DNA of 64,000 bases from Marsupella aquatica. Taxonomy: Eukaryota > Plantae > Marchantiophyta. The stretch covers positions 20,736,260 to 20,800,259 of the forward strand of contig OZ316897.1 in NCBI GenBank assembly GCA_973895155.1, in the 5' to 3' direction. Shown one piece after another: positions 1 through 11,240 of this stretch. The stretch's first letter is position 1. Each line of letters begins with the position of its first letter. The notes below the pieces were generated by a model that was given only the letters and a program-made list of their open reading frames with translations, made no database searches and was not told where the DNA came from. The position numbers and the translations under genes are program-made.

Positions 1-67
1 CTAGACGGAAAAGTGGATAGCAGTACTATGAACAAAAGCAGCGAATTTGGGTTGGGACAAAACTAAC

Positions 68-2593
68 CAAGCGTAGCTCAGCAACACGTCGCTCCAGGAT
101 ACGTTTTTCACTCTGCACCTGGGCCTCCTGTTGGGTCCACAAACTAGTAAGTTTATGATAGCCCAGGAAAGGAAATCCGCATGAATATACACTGGACTAG
201 TAACAAAGTGAGGCAGTATAACAGCTTTGAAGACCCCAGTTAAGGGGACGAGTGTATAGCGCATGCCTTTATATAGGCTTCTGTGAGCCGTTTATGTAAA
301 AGACTATTCTCCTCCTGTTGTGATATTGCAGTTCTGAGGGCCACTTCCTGGACAACAATATTTAAAATGAGCACAAGCTTGGCTTGATTAGCCTCTGGTA
401 GACTCCCAATTTCGTAAAAGATTGGCGACAGGTGAAGGCGTTACAGACAATCAAAGACGTTGGTTAAAAAAAATCGCAACGTAAACATTGAGATTGCAAT
501 TACAGTTTAGCTAGAAACCGCACCTGCTCGTGGTATAAATTGTGGTTGTCATTCAAATCTGAGGGCTGATACATGTTGTGATTGGCATTGCCGTCTGAGG
601 GAAGTTGAGGTAAAACCTGACCACTGCTTTGTGCCCTTGTTTCTAGTTCTGGATCCCGGCGACGGCTAAATTGACAAGCACAAATAATATTACGCTCAGT
701 AAACACGGTCGAAAATGAAATGTATCTATATCACAAACAAGATGTTAGGTTGTCAACGTTGGTAGATACTTACGCATGAGTTGGAGACATAGACCGCGAG
801 GACGGTGACGAGACACCGCTACTGTTTGTGTCAACGATAGGATGTAAGAGGGGGGGCCCGCCACGATGGTGATTTTTGGTTCCACCATTGGTCCCATTCA
901 TCGCACTACTTGAATGACTATGCTGCACTGGCAGTGGCTGGCCACGAGGCCCACCGTTTTGATATTCCTGAGGTTGTCCAGCGGTAGGATGGATGATTAT
1001 TGAACTCTGCTCTTCCTGTAATCCTGGAACCGGATACCCTTCTCTATTACCACCACCCCGTGGAGTCGAAAAAAAATGCCCAGGCCTGTCAAAACCGGAT
1101 CTTGGAACACCTGGCCTGGACTGATACGGATCATGTGGTTGGTCATCTGTCGGCCTTGGCACTCCTTGCTGGTCCATTTTCTACTCATGGAAATCCAAAA
1201 CAATACAGACGTTACAATGCAAAGCATGTAATCAAGCCTCAGAGTAACATCTCCAAATCTCAAAATTCGTCCCACCCAAGATACCGCTATTGCCTGTGGA
1301 GTGGCAAAACTTCACAACAACTTTGAGCTTTCCTCTTACCTCCATTAAAACACAAAATATTCCACTTATTGGAAAATGTAATAAATGTGATTCCAGATAA
1401 TGCATAACAACAAGCCTACAATTTCAGATATGACAGCAGGCTCCGAAGACTTGAAGTGTGGGAGAGCAAACAGACAATCGCTACAGAAAACGCCCCAGAG
1501 ATAGAGATTAAGCCACATTGGGCATTCCCAGTATTAAATCTACAATCATCGAAGAAAATTGGGATCACAAGCTGAGACTCACACTATTTTGGAGTTCCCA
1601 CTCGGTGACCCTTAGAGCAGATCTCAAGTGTTCATTTTCCTCCATCTACACAGACCACGACGACTCCTGAGCTCGAGTTCATTCATGGGGCTACTCCACA
1701 GACTCACAAGTCAGATACAAGAAAAGGCTCCTATCGGAAAAGTGCAGCTCTCGGTCCAACGTGGAGAACAGATAGCATAAATGGTTCGTTGGCCTACCGA
1801 CGAATGTAACATGACCGCGAAGGCCGAGTACCAAATTCTTGACATCTATTCCATGTGGCTTTGCTCACAACAACCACATCTCCGAATGTCGATATCAGGC
1901 AACGATTTTGCCCTCGCTGCCACTGAAGTAAGCCAAAACAAAAGGGAATGGCAGGATAGTGGGGATACTTTCGCCCCAACTTACGACTCAAGTGAACTTT
2001 GGCGATTTCCAACCATCTATCCATATCGCATATCTCTTGTTCCAACTTGCCTAATCATGAACACCCCAAAACCTTTGGGTGTATTTCCGCCAAGTGGCAC
2101 GGAAGATGACTGACAAGGAAGAGACAGGGACTATAGAATGGAAAAAGAAATTCAAAATAAGGAGAGCATTGCATGTTCGGAACTCTTGCCTTCGATCCTC
2201 AGTTTATTTACTTTAAACTTCAAGAGTGCAAGGGACCTCACAATACAATACCAATGCCGGAGGGAGCTGGAAACCACGAAACCTTACTTGGTTACGGATG
2301 GCGTACTCTGCGGCCTCGATAACGTGAACAAGCTCCTTCACCTGGCGCTGTGCCGGCATACTCAAGGCCGAATTCGGTGGAGCTTGCGCCAGTTCCAGTG
2401 CTCCCGTTTTCTCAGTCAGATCCATCTTTCCCGCAGGACTATGATTGTTTACATTATTCGCCGCGCGTGGAGAATGGTCATTTGAAGCAGCCCTGTTAGC
2501 CCGTCTCTCGTACAAAGGCGAGCTGGGCACCGTAGACAAGCGAGGTTCATTGAAATTCCGAGGAAATTCCGGCTGCGGTGCGGCAAACGCCAT
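68..2593 (-). CDS. Plant coiled-coil protein, At5g23490/At5g08440-like; 5' part only, gene continues off the left edge
   Basis: Phase-consistent exons 2593-2288, 1645-1583, 1180-774, 665-524, 347-267, 127-68; next acceptor AG at positions 2-1. Spliced peptide ELVHVIEAAEYAIRNQ|MEENEHLRSAL..SPSSRSMSP..EAYIK|EAQVQSEKRILERRVAELRL resembles this family as recalled (VEAAE..I..QVEEN; EAQI..EK.VLE.RIA.MRL). Confidence 0.8.
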
Positions 2594-4720
2594 GAGCCCT
2601 TCACCCCCTTATTCTAGCTCTCTTGCTGCGGCAAATTCTGTACCTGTTGAACCAAACCATTCGCTCCACACTATCACCTACATACCTCCCTGCTAAACTA
2701 GTATTTGCGCCCCAGCTACGTCTGCTGCTCAATCAGCTAATCGAATCCAATCCGAGAGCGTCCTCACTTAACCAAATGCATGCCAGTAGCTCCAATTGGG
2801 ACGACCACCAGCGATGGAGAAGGAATGGCTGGATAAAAAAACCAAACCTGAGAAACAAAGCCTCTGTATCAGTAATTATAAGACCGCCCCCTCGTGCTGA
2901 CGACACATTTCCCAGAGTTCTCTCAGACACTGCCAAACATTTCAAATCCCGTACTGCCAAAATCTTCCCTACTTTTGAATCTCTCGATGTGTCCGGCTGA
3001 CCTCTGCACGACTAGCTCAACATCAACATGCTCCGCGAATTGGAGAACCAGCGCATGGACAATGGACAACATCAAAAAGCGTTACGGGTACGCTGCAATA
3101 AAGTCCACTTTTAACTACATCCGCAAAGAGGGGAACATTCACGAGCGCTCTTCCGCAACAGGAGTGGTCGGAAACATTTTCATCACAGATAATATGATCC
3201 ATCCCTCAGTCGGTATAAGAGTGATTAAACAAAACACACGAACCTTCCCAACCCCTACCTCACCTTCCCCTGCCCCCCTCTGTGCGACATCCACGCCCGA
3301 TACATGGCAGGGCCCGGTTGGCGTGCCCCGAAAATGAGAAAAAACACGAACCCCGCTGCAGCCATAGACGTAGAGAAGGCTGATGCGGCCTCGAGACAAC
3401 TCACTTACTGAGAATCCATGCATCGAACGATATGCACACCCACGACCGCAGAAAAGGGACCTGAACACGCACATTCCCATCATAGCTGACCAACAACTTC
3501 CTGACTTTGGACGAGCAGAACATGAAGATGCGTTCCCGAGCTAGTGAGGGCCCTAGAGAAACCATAGTTCCATCTTCCTTCCTTCCGTCTGTCTGACTGT
3601 CTGTCTGTCTGTCTGCAGGGACAAATACTGGGTGAAAGAGGCAAACAGAGGGTGCCATGCTTATTGTGGGGGGACTAATGTAGCATATGTGATAAGGGGT
3701 AATGTTTGGATGCGAGTCTCACAACGGGCTACAAGCTTGGATCTGACTACACACCATATGCGATAACTTCTACAACAAGAGATAGCAAACCAGACAAACT
3801 TCTGAGATAGTCAATCAATGCTGACGAAATAAATGACGAAGGAAAGAAAAAGACCCCTCAGCTCCTATGTAGTTGCAATGACAAACTCCAGAAGTAGAAC
3901 CGAACAGGAAATCAATCGACCCAAAGGCCACAAAACCGCTAAATCAATCACACAACAAAAGTTGCACTCCCTTCTTGGGCCGGAAACCACCGAAACAAAC
4001 TAACATGCCATGCACCCATTGGCTTTCAGATCGTCAACTCACATTTGAAGCAGTCCTGGACACCTCCACCACAATCTCGAGATGAATACACAGAACCCGT
4101 TCTACCTCTGAAGCTTTCAAGGCGTGTCATTCTTTCTATATCAAGGGCACTGTTCGCAGTCTTACGAAAAACACTCGGAGAACCAATTTCGATGATACAG
4201 CCCCAACACAGGTTGCAGAAAGGTAGCAACAAAGACATCTTCATGTCGAAAAAACCCTAGACTCCAACAGATGACAACGCATACATTCTAGATCAAGCAC
4301 TATTGTCCCGCAGACCGCAGAAAAGCCTCTCTCGAATGACCACTTCCACTCCAGCACATACGAACGCGGGAAGCCCACCTGAACTGGGAAAAATGGGTGA
4401 ACGGCACCGGGAAGTTCTCGAATCTCTCAAACAGCACTCGCTATGGTCTCCGATCGAGATCCACACCTGAGTTGCAGCCGTCTGCAACGCAGCAACGGAT
4501 CCGAGTCCAGTACCGACAATCGTAGCTGGAATTGCTGCCATCTCCAGCGACAACAACAAGAGCTCCAGCGAAATGGTAACTTCGCAACCCCTACTCCACC
4601 TCTGCTCCTCCCGAGCTCGTCTTGGCAGAATGCAAAGCCTCGTTGCTGGGCCCTGTCTCTTGCGACTACTACTGTAGTCTTTCGCTAATTAAGTTCAGCC
4701 CTTTTTAGCAATCACATTCC
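2594..4720 (-). promoter_or_regulatory. Probable long spliced 5'UTR of the coiled-coil gene, containing uORFs
   Basis: Donors GTATGC (4284) and GTAAGT (3408); acceptors ..ccctgcag (~3612) and ..gtgcag (3004); in-frame stop just upstream of ATG 2593; (CAGA)n tract near 3590-3612. The transcription start is a guess. Confidence 0.5.
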
Positions 4721-4809
4721 GCCGTGCAGCCACTGTTTTCCTCGTTCACCAACCGAGGTGGTTGCGAACTTGCGATTCCTCTGTACCATTGACGAAGGCG
4801 GATAGGCGA

Positions 4810-6340
4810 TGGTAACCGGTACACTGAAGGGGCGAACCCACAGGAAAACCAGTCTCCCTTCGGTTATGTATAGAGTACGAACCCATAGGAAACCAGTTTG
4901 AACCAGTCTGCCCTTCCCTTATGTATAGCCTAATCTCTTTGGTCTGAGGTTACTAGAGTAGCTTGTTTGCTGAATTTTCAGTTCAGATTTATCATGGGGG
5001 CCCAAAAATGACTCCAAATCTTTGTTCTGCGCATACTATTTTGCTCATATTATTTTGTGCATATGATTCTCCAAAATACACTGTACAATACTAAAGAGAG
5101 GCATTTGTAAGAGTTAGGCTTTTGTGACCAAACCTCTTAGTTTGGTCACGGGCCTGGTGTATAAGATATGTGTATAAGGTAATTACGGTGTATAGGGAAA
5201 TATAGGTTTGGTCTGGGGTTACTAGTGTATAAGATATGTGTATAAGGTAATTACGTATAGGGAAATATAGGTTTGGTCTGGGGTTACTAGCCTATGTATA
5301 AGGTAATGACGATGTATAGGTAATGACTGTTTGGTCTGGGGTTACTAACTTGTGTATAAGGTAATGATTGTTTGGTGTGGGGTTACTAGCCCGTGTATAA
5401 GGTAATGACGGTGTATAGGGTAATGATTGTTTGGTCTGGGTTACTAGCCTGTAACCCTATGACAAGAAAGTGAACAAATGTTGACTGGCGGCAGCCAGAA
5501 AGTTTTTCTGAGCTTTGCGGGAACAGGTTTCAGACTAGAACCCCAACCCAAACAGTCTTTATCATAAGTAATACATGTAATGGAAAAAAGATTACCAAGT
5601 AAGACTTTCTGGGCACAGGGTTATGGAAATGGTAGCACCTAGACAGTAGTAAAGGTTACACACCAATGACCTTTCTTCCAGACATGATTTACTGGAGATC
5701 TGCCTGAGGCTGTTAATATCTCATACAAGCAGAAGGGGAGCTTGAAGAGCAAACGGGCAGTGGTAACCAGTGAGTACACTCAAGGGCAGACAGGTCTAAC
5801 CCATTGAAAACCAGTCCGCCCTTCAGTTATCAGTTAGTTGGAGCCCATATTACCCCCCTCACAGCCCCTGGGTTACAAAATGTCAAACCTCCTTGTGATT
5901 CTTTGAAAAAACTATGAGTAAAGCAAAGCACTGTTGTAGGCTTTACAGGGTATAATCAAGAGAGGCATTCTTCTAGAGAGCTTGAAGCACAGGGTGAACA
6001 AAAGCCAAAAGCAGAAGAAGTTGTATCTTAGGTGAAGGGCTGACAATCACTGGAAACGGTCTAAGCAATGATATGGTACATAAGCATCAGCATGGGAGAG
6101 TGTTCCTATTCTACACACGTAAGAGACACCGTTTTAGTGAGCTTAAAGCATATGGTAGACAAGAGACAAAAGCACAAGACAATGTAGCTTGAATGAAGGC
6201 AACAATGACTAGTAGACTGAAGGGTAGACGGGCCTACCCATAGGAAAGCAGTCCACCCTTTCATTAGCTTTCGTCCTGGTTTACAGCCCATAACCCCTTA
6301 ACTAACCCCCTCCTTGTGAATCTTGAAAAAAAGTTGTGTA
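4810..6340. repeat. Degenerate minisatellite plus recurring hairpin module (transposon-derived)
   Basis: About 5 tandem units built from TGTATAAGGTAAT..TTTGGTCTGGGGTTACTAG (5155-5450), an inverted copy at ~5535-5570, and an ACCCAT/CAGGAAA(A)CCAGTC.GCCCTTC-like motif at ~4836, 4880, 5798 and 6236. Confidence 0.75.
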
Positions 6341-6569
6341 AAGACTCAAGGGTGGTATTACATGAGTTTGGGGTGGTTGTACCTCTTTTATTCTCTCAGA
6401 GGTTAAATCTGGACCATAAATTGAGTGAAAATGGCTGCAGTTGGCTTACAAAAACTCAGGGTCTAATCAAGTATGGTGTTACATGGCAAGCAGTGGGCCC
6501 AAGGAAATGTCTAAGTGCATTGTTTATTTTGTCTAGAATTTTGGACAAACTATTGTAAGTGGTTCAAAC

Positions 6570-6856
6570 CTCGGGGGGTTGACTATCAACAATCTTAGGA
6601 ACCACGTGCGATCCAAAATAGGTATTTTTCATATAAATTAGCTAAATTTTTAAAAAGCGTAGGAAGCAAAAGAAGGTATTATAAACCTATGTTTGTAGAA
6701 TATTCTCTAATATATACCTTTTATAAAGTAAAATAGGTCATTTGTATTGAAAATAGAGAATATTTTTAGAATATTCCCATAATAAAATAGGTGTGTTTAT
6801 ATTAGGCTAGGATCGCACGTGGTACCCCAAAATATACACTAAGTTAACCCCCCGAG
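6570..6856. mobile_element. MITE, 287 bp, with 15-bp TIRs and 8-bp TSD
   Basis: TIRs CTCGGGGGGTTGACT / AGTTAACCCCCCGAG (1 mismatch); GTTCAAAC directly flanks both ends (6562-6569, 6857-6864); inner inverted repeat ACCACGTGCGATCC / GGATCGCACGTGGT; AT-rich core. Confidence 0.85.
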
Positions 6857-8856
6857 GTTCAAACTTTTTCAAACTTTGTCTCCTTCATTCATTGAATTTT
6901 CATTTATTAAGGGTGGTTTTCCAAGACTTTGGGGACACTTGTGACTTTTTTTCACTAAAGCAAACTATAGTGTCACTTCTTGCTGTAAAGATGTACTCCA
7001 AACCAAAAATCTTTTCAAAAGAACTTTGATAAGTGCAAATCCTTTGAATGAAGGAGTTTGGACCACCTATGGAGTTGGTCCAAAATTCTAGGCCAAGCAA
7101 GTACTCCACAGCAGTGTTTACTAGGGCTCACTCCTTGCCCAATTTATATTGGTAGACGCCTGAATGGGGTGCCTAGTTCTCTTAAAGAAAATTGCAATTG
7201 TTTCCACTCATTTTACGGTCCAGATTTAAATCTCCGAGCCTTACAATCAAACCCCAATTTCTAACCAAATTGCAAACTTGAGCCAAATAAATCAAGGAAG
7301 TGTGGAGATGGGAATGAAACTGGGAATCATGGGAAAGTAGAAATTGGATGGGGATTGGGATTGCAAGTATCAAAATTGGAAGGTGAGCCAGAATGGGCTA
7401 GCAGAATCAAATTGAATACAACAGACAAGAGAAGCAAAACTGTGAGAAAGGGCATATTGTTGCAGTTGATTTCATTGCCCCTAGTGTCCTTGTGCTGCAC
7501 CCCCTGTATACTTGGTGTACAACATAATAAAGTCACTTGCTTTTAAGTTTAAAAACATATATGGTCCCTAAGATCTAGAGATATGAATGGGACCTTTTTG
7601 TTAGTCAAAGCCTCACATCAAATTATAACATAAATTTGATGTGAGGTTCACGTTGGATCTTACCCTGGCTGGGGCTTGGGTGGTATCTTTGGCATACAAA
7701 GTCAGTACAATGCATGCAGCCTGGCTGAGGGGTTAGCACGAGAGGCCTACAGAGATATAAAGAGATTGATAGTTCTCGTAGGATTGCAAAAACTCTCCAG
7801 AACATTCAATCTGAGGACTGTCTTCTACTCCTTCTTGAATAGCAACAAGTCAAGATCTATATGTGCAATACAATGTCAAAGTAAGAAGTATTGAGGAGCT
7901 CTCTATCCAAACAACTCATCTCACAGTTCTTGTAAACTAACACAATATATACTCTTTGGTTGGTTTTCAACCAAAGAAACATTGGGCACTGAAGAAAAGG
8001 TATACATTTGCATCCCTGCCAAGTTGGCTTACCTCATCCCTTGGGGCATGTTTTAGGATTGGATTTTATGACCTATGGTTTACTTTTTGGATTAGATATC
8101 CTAAGTTAAAAGTGTTCTTGTTTTAGGAGTCCAAAAAGAATTGTTTGAGTGCATTGATTTGATGATCAAACACATATGAGGAATTAGTACCAGGCAAAGC
8201 TCAAATGAATTGTAATGAAACAATTTAGTGGAAATATCTAAGAGGCAGAGAAGAGATGTGTATCACCACAATTGAACAACAAATTCAAATAGTAATCAGC
8301 ATGTTTTGAATCCTTGGGATCAAAAGACATTAATTTCAATGAAAAAATGACAAACCAGTTGACTAGACTTCAACCTAGATCACTTTTCAAATTTTTGGAT
8401 TGGTTGTAATCTTCTTTATCATTCAACAGTATCTATGTTTGAATCCAAAATCCAACATAGGATATATAGCAATTTTCATGAGAATTTGGGGTCCACATTC
8501 TATCATATTTTGAATTAAATGCTCTCCCTGCTGCCTTGGAAAAGAATATTGCAAGATTCCTAATGTTCATTCTAATGCAATCGCTGGTCACTGAAGCTAA
8601 GAGTAGTTACAATTTCTAATTCAAGAAGATTCAAGAAGATTCAAGAACAAGTTGTAAGTTCTTGAATTTCTCCCTACTTGTTCTTGAACTAAATTGTCAT
8701 AAAGAAAGTTGCACAAGATTTGTAATATTCGGATAAGCTAATGATCGCTAATTTTGTTGCTGCGAAGGTACAGTATATGTTTTAAGATCCTATACTCACT
8801 TCAGCTTCTCAGAAGCTGGGGACATGTTAAATATGATCTAATGTAAAGCTGGGGCA

Positions 8857-9339
8857 ATGTCACAATCTAATTATCATCAACATCTAGTGCACTCGAGAAG
8901 GGCTTCAGGACAGTCCAATCAGAAGGAAGAATATAGGTTCATTCAACTACCTGAGCTTAATTCACATGCTTTATCTGGACAAGAAAGTGATTTCTCAAGA
9001 CAAATGGATACAGCAAAGGAGGAATTGTCCAATTTTAGAGACAAAATGAATCAGTGGAAAGAAATTTACAATAGAGAGATGGGAAAGACTAGAGCAGAGC
9101 TTGCTAGCTTGACTCCTAGATTGTTAGGTTTGGGACTAGCTGCAAAAATCCACAATCTCAGCAATGTCACCAGCAGTCGACTTAGCACACCAAATTCTGG
9201 CACACCTTTCACCACAAGTCGATGTAGCACACCTTTCTACACCCCAGGTTGTGCCACACCAACATCACGGAGTTGGCGAGGCATGCCTTATTGCAGAACA
9301 CCAAGTTGTGAGACACCAGTTCCAGATTCAGATAATTAA
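8857..9339 (+). other. Orphan 160-aa ORF with a coiled-coil-like stretch and Thr-Pro repeat tail; possibly a TE ORF remnant
   Basis: Uninterrupted ATG ORF inside decayed AT-rich DNA; no recognisable domain. Confidence 0.3.
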
Positions 9340-10559
9340 TCATAAGAATTTTGTGGTGATTTGAAATATTCCACCTACCCTTATAGTTTAGACTTGTCCA
9401 GCAATTCGTCATTCATTTGTTTAAGCCATATAGGCACTTGGGACGTACAATCATTTGAGTACTGTAGGTAACTAATGAAAATTGAATCAAGTACAGCTCA
9501 TTCTTTTTCATTCCCCATTACATCCTCTTGGTTGGTTTTCTAACTTGTAATCATAGATATGAAGGCTCTTATCTCAACGTCAACTTAAGTAGAGGTCAAT
9601 TACTTCTCACTGTACTCTCTTTTTGTATGGTAACCACTGACAAATGCCTCCATAACCTAAGTGTATCAGTGTGCTAAAACCTGAACTCATAGATGAGGTT
9701 TGTGACAAAATTCTTTGTGGACATCCCAATTGTTTGTAGCCTCATGCTGAACAAGATTCAAGAAGTTAGGTCAATGGAAGAGGTCTATTCATCTAAAAAA
9801 TGTCCTCATACATTGTTTCTCTTTCAATCATCTTTTGAGAATATTCTCCAATAAACTAAAAAAAACCTCAAAATTGATAAGCCAGCTGGAATCTAGAATC
9901 TTGCGCTCTTCAATAAGCTCTTGACATTTCTGTTATCAGCACCTAAACATCAGATGAATCAAAGTCCCCTACACAAACCAGTGCAAGAAAACCCACCTGA
10001 GCTTGTTTCTACCATTATGATTCAGTGGTCTGATTAATATATTGGTATTTAATGGCTGTATAATGAACAATGTGAGGGAGGTTTCCACATCACACATGGG
10101 AGAGGGGTTTTCAGAGGAAAAGAAAATTCTACACCATCCTGTAGTTAGGATGTGTGTAAATACATGGAAACTGGCACTACCCATTTACTCTCAAGGCAGT
10201 GCTATGAACTGAAAGTTGTCTCATTCGGCTCTAGTGCCCTTGTGGCAGTTTCAGCCCCTATCCAAGTCCGATAAGTTCAATTGAGAGATGACGTTGCTAG
10301 TTAAATCTATGTCAAGTTAATACACCAGAAAGTAAACCAATATAATATATTTATGATGTACAAATCAAATGATTTGAATGATAGATGTCTTGGTTGATGT
10401 TTTGACTGTATAACTAACGTAGATTTAACATGAGGTCTCAACTCACCATGGATCCATGCATAAATAAAGGTCAACTGACCCCAATTTGGCCACATTCCAT
10501 ACAAGTCTACTACAGTAGTTAACTTTTGGGGAAGTATGCACAGAATGACAGAAACAGCC

Positions 10560-11240
10560 TCCAAGCACCAATGAAGTTAGAATATCGAGATGTAAGAAAA
10601 AGGCACTGTCTGTCTCGTGACTTGTGACATGGTCCCAAGTGTTGCACATGCTGTATATTACACTCGCACAGAACAATCCCAGAGGGGAAGACACAATCCC
10701 AGAGGCACGAGACCTAATGAAGGGGAGAAAAAACAGCAATATGGTCCCCTCCAAGATCATGCATGGAAGACAAAGGGTCTTCTTTACACACTAATTACAT
10801 GGCTTGACAAGGCAGAATGCTGCTGTAAAGAGAGTGCGAGCTAAGTCTGTTGGGCACGGACTCCCAAACACTGATAAGGCCAGAATATGGAGGTGTATGC
10901 AAGGCAGTCGTGACTCATGACATGGTCCCAAGTGGTCACATGCTCACTCCAAAGTCATGCATGGCAGACAACTGAGCAGTCCTTACAGATTGGTTACATG
11001 TCTTGGCACGGCACATTACCACTGTAAAGTGCATGCGCTCAGGAACTTGGACACAGACTCCCAAACACGGATACGCTTAGAAATGTGGAGATGTAAGTAA
11101 AGGTACTCGTGACATGGCATGGTCCCAAGTGTTGTGCATGCTCGCTCCAAAATCATGCATGGCAGAACGAATGCCATTCCTTACACACATTGCTTCCATG
11201 GCTTGACATGGGACGATACTGCTGTAAAGAGCGAGCGCGT
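10560..11240. repeat. Three degenerate direct copies of a ~200-290 bp unit
   Basis: Core TCGTGAC....CATGGTCCCAAGTG....CATGCT at ~10615, 10908, 11107; GACTCCCAAACAC at ~10860 and ~11056. Confidence 0.75.

Noticed and set aside
5155-5450. Repeat array superficially like a CRISPR
   Set aside because: Inter-repeat segments are themselves repetitive, there are no cas genes, and the context is eukaryotic.
6210-6230. GACTGAAGGG resembling miR319/159
   Set aside because: Match is only about 10 nt and belongs to a repeated TE module; no precursor hairpin.
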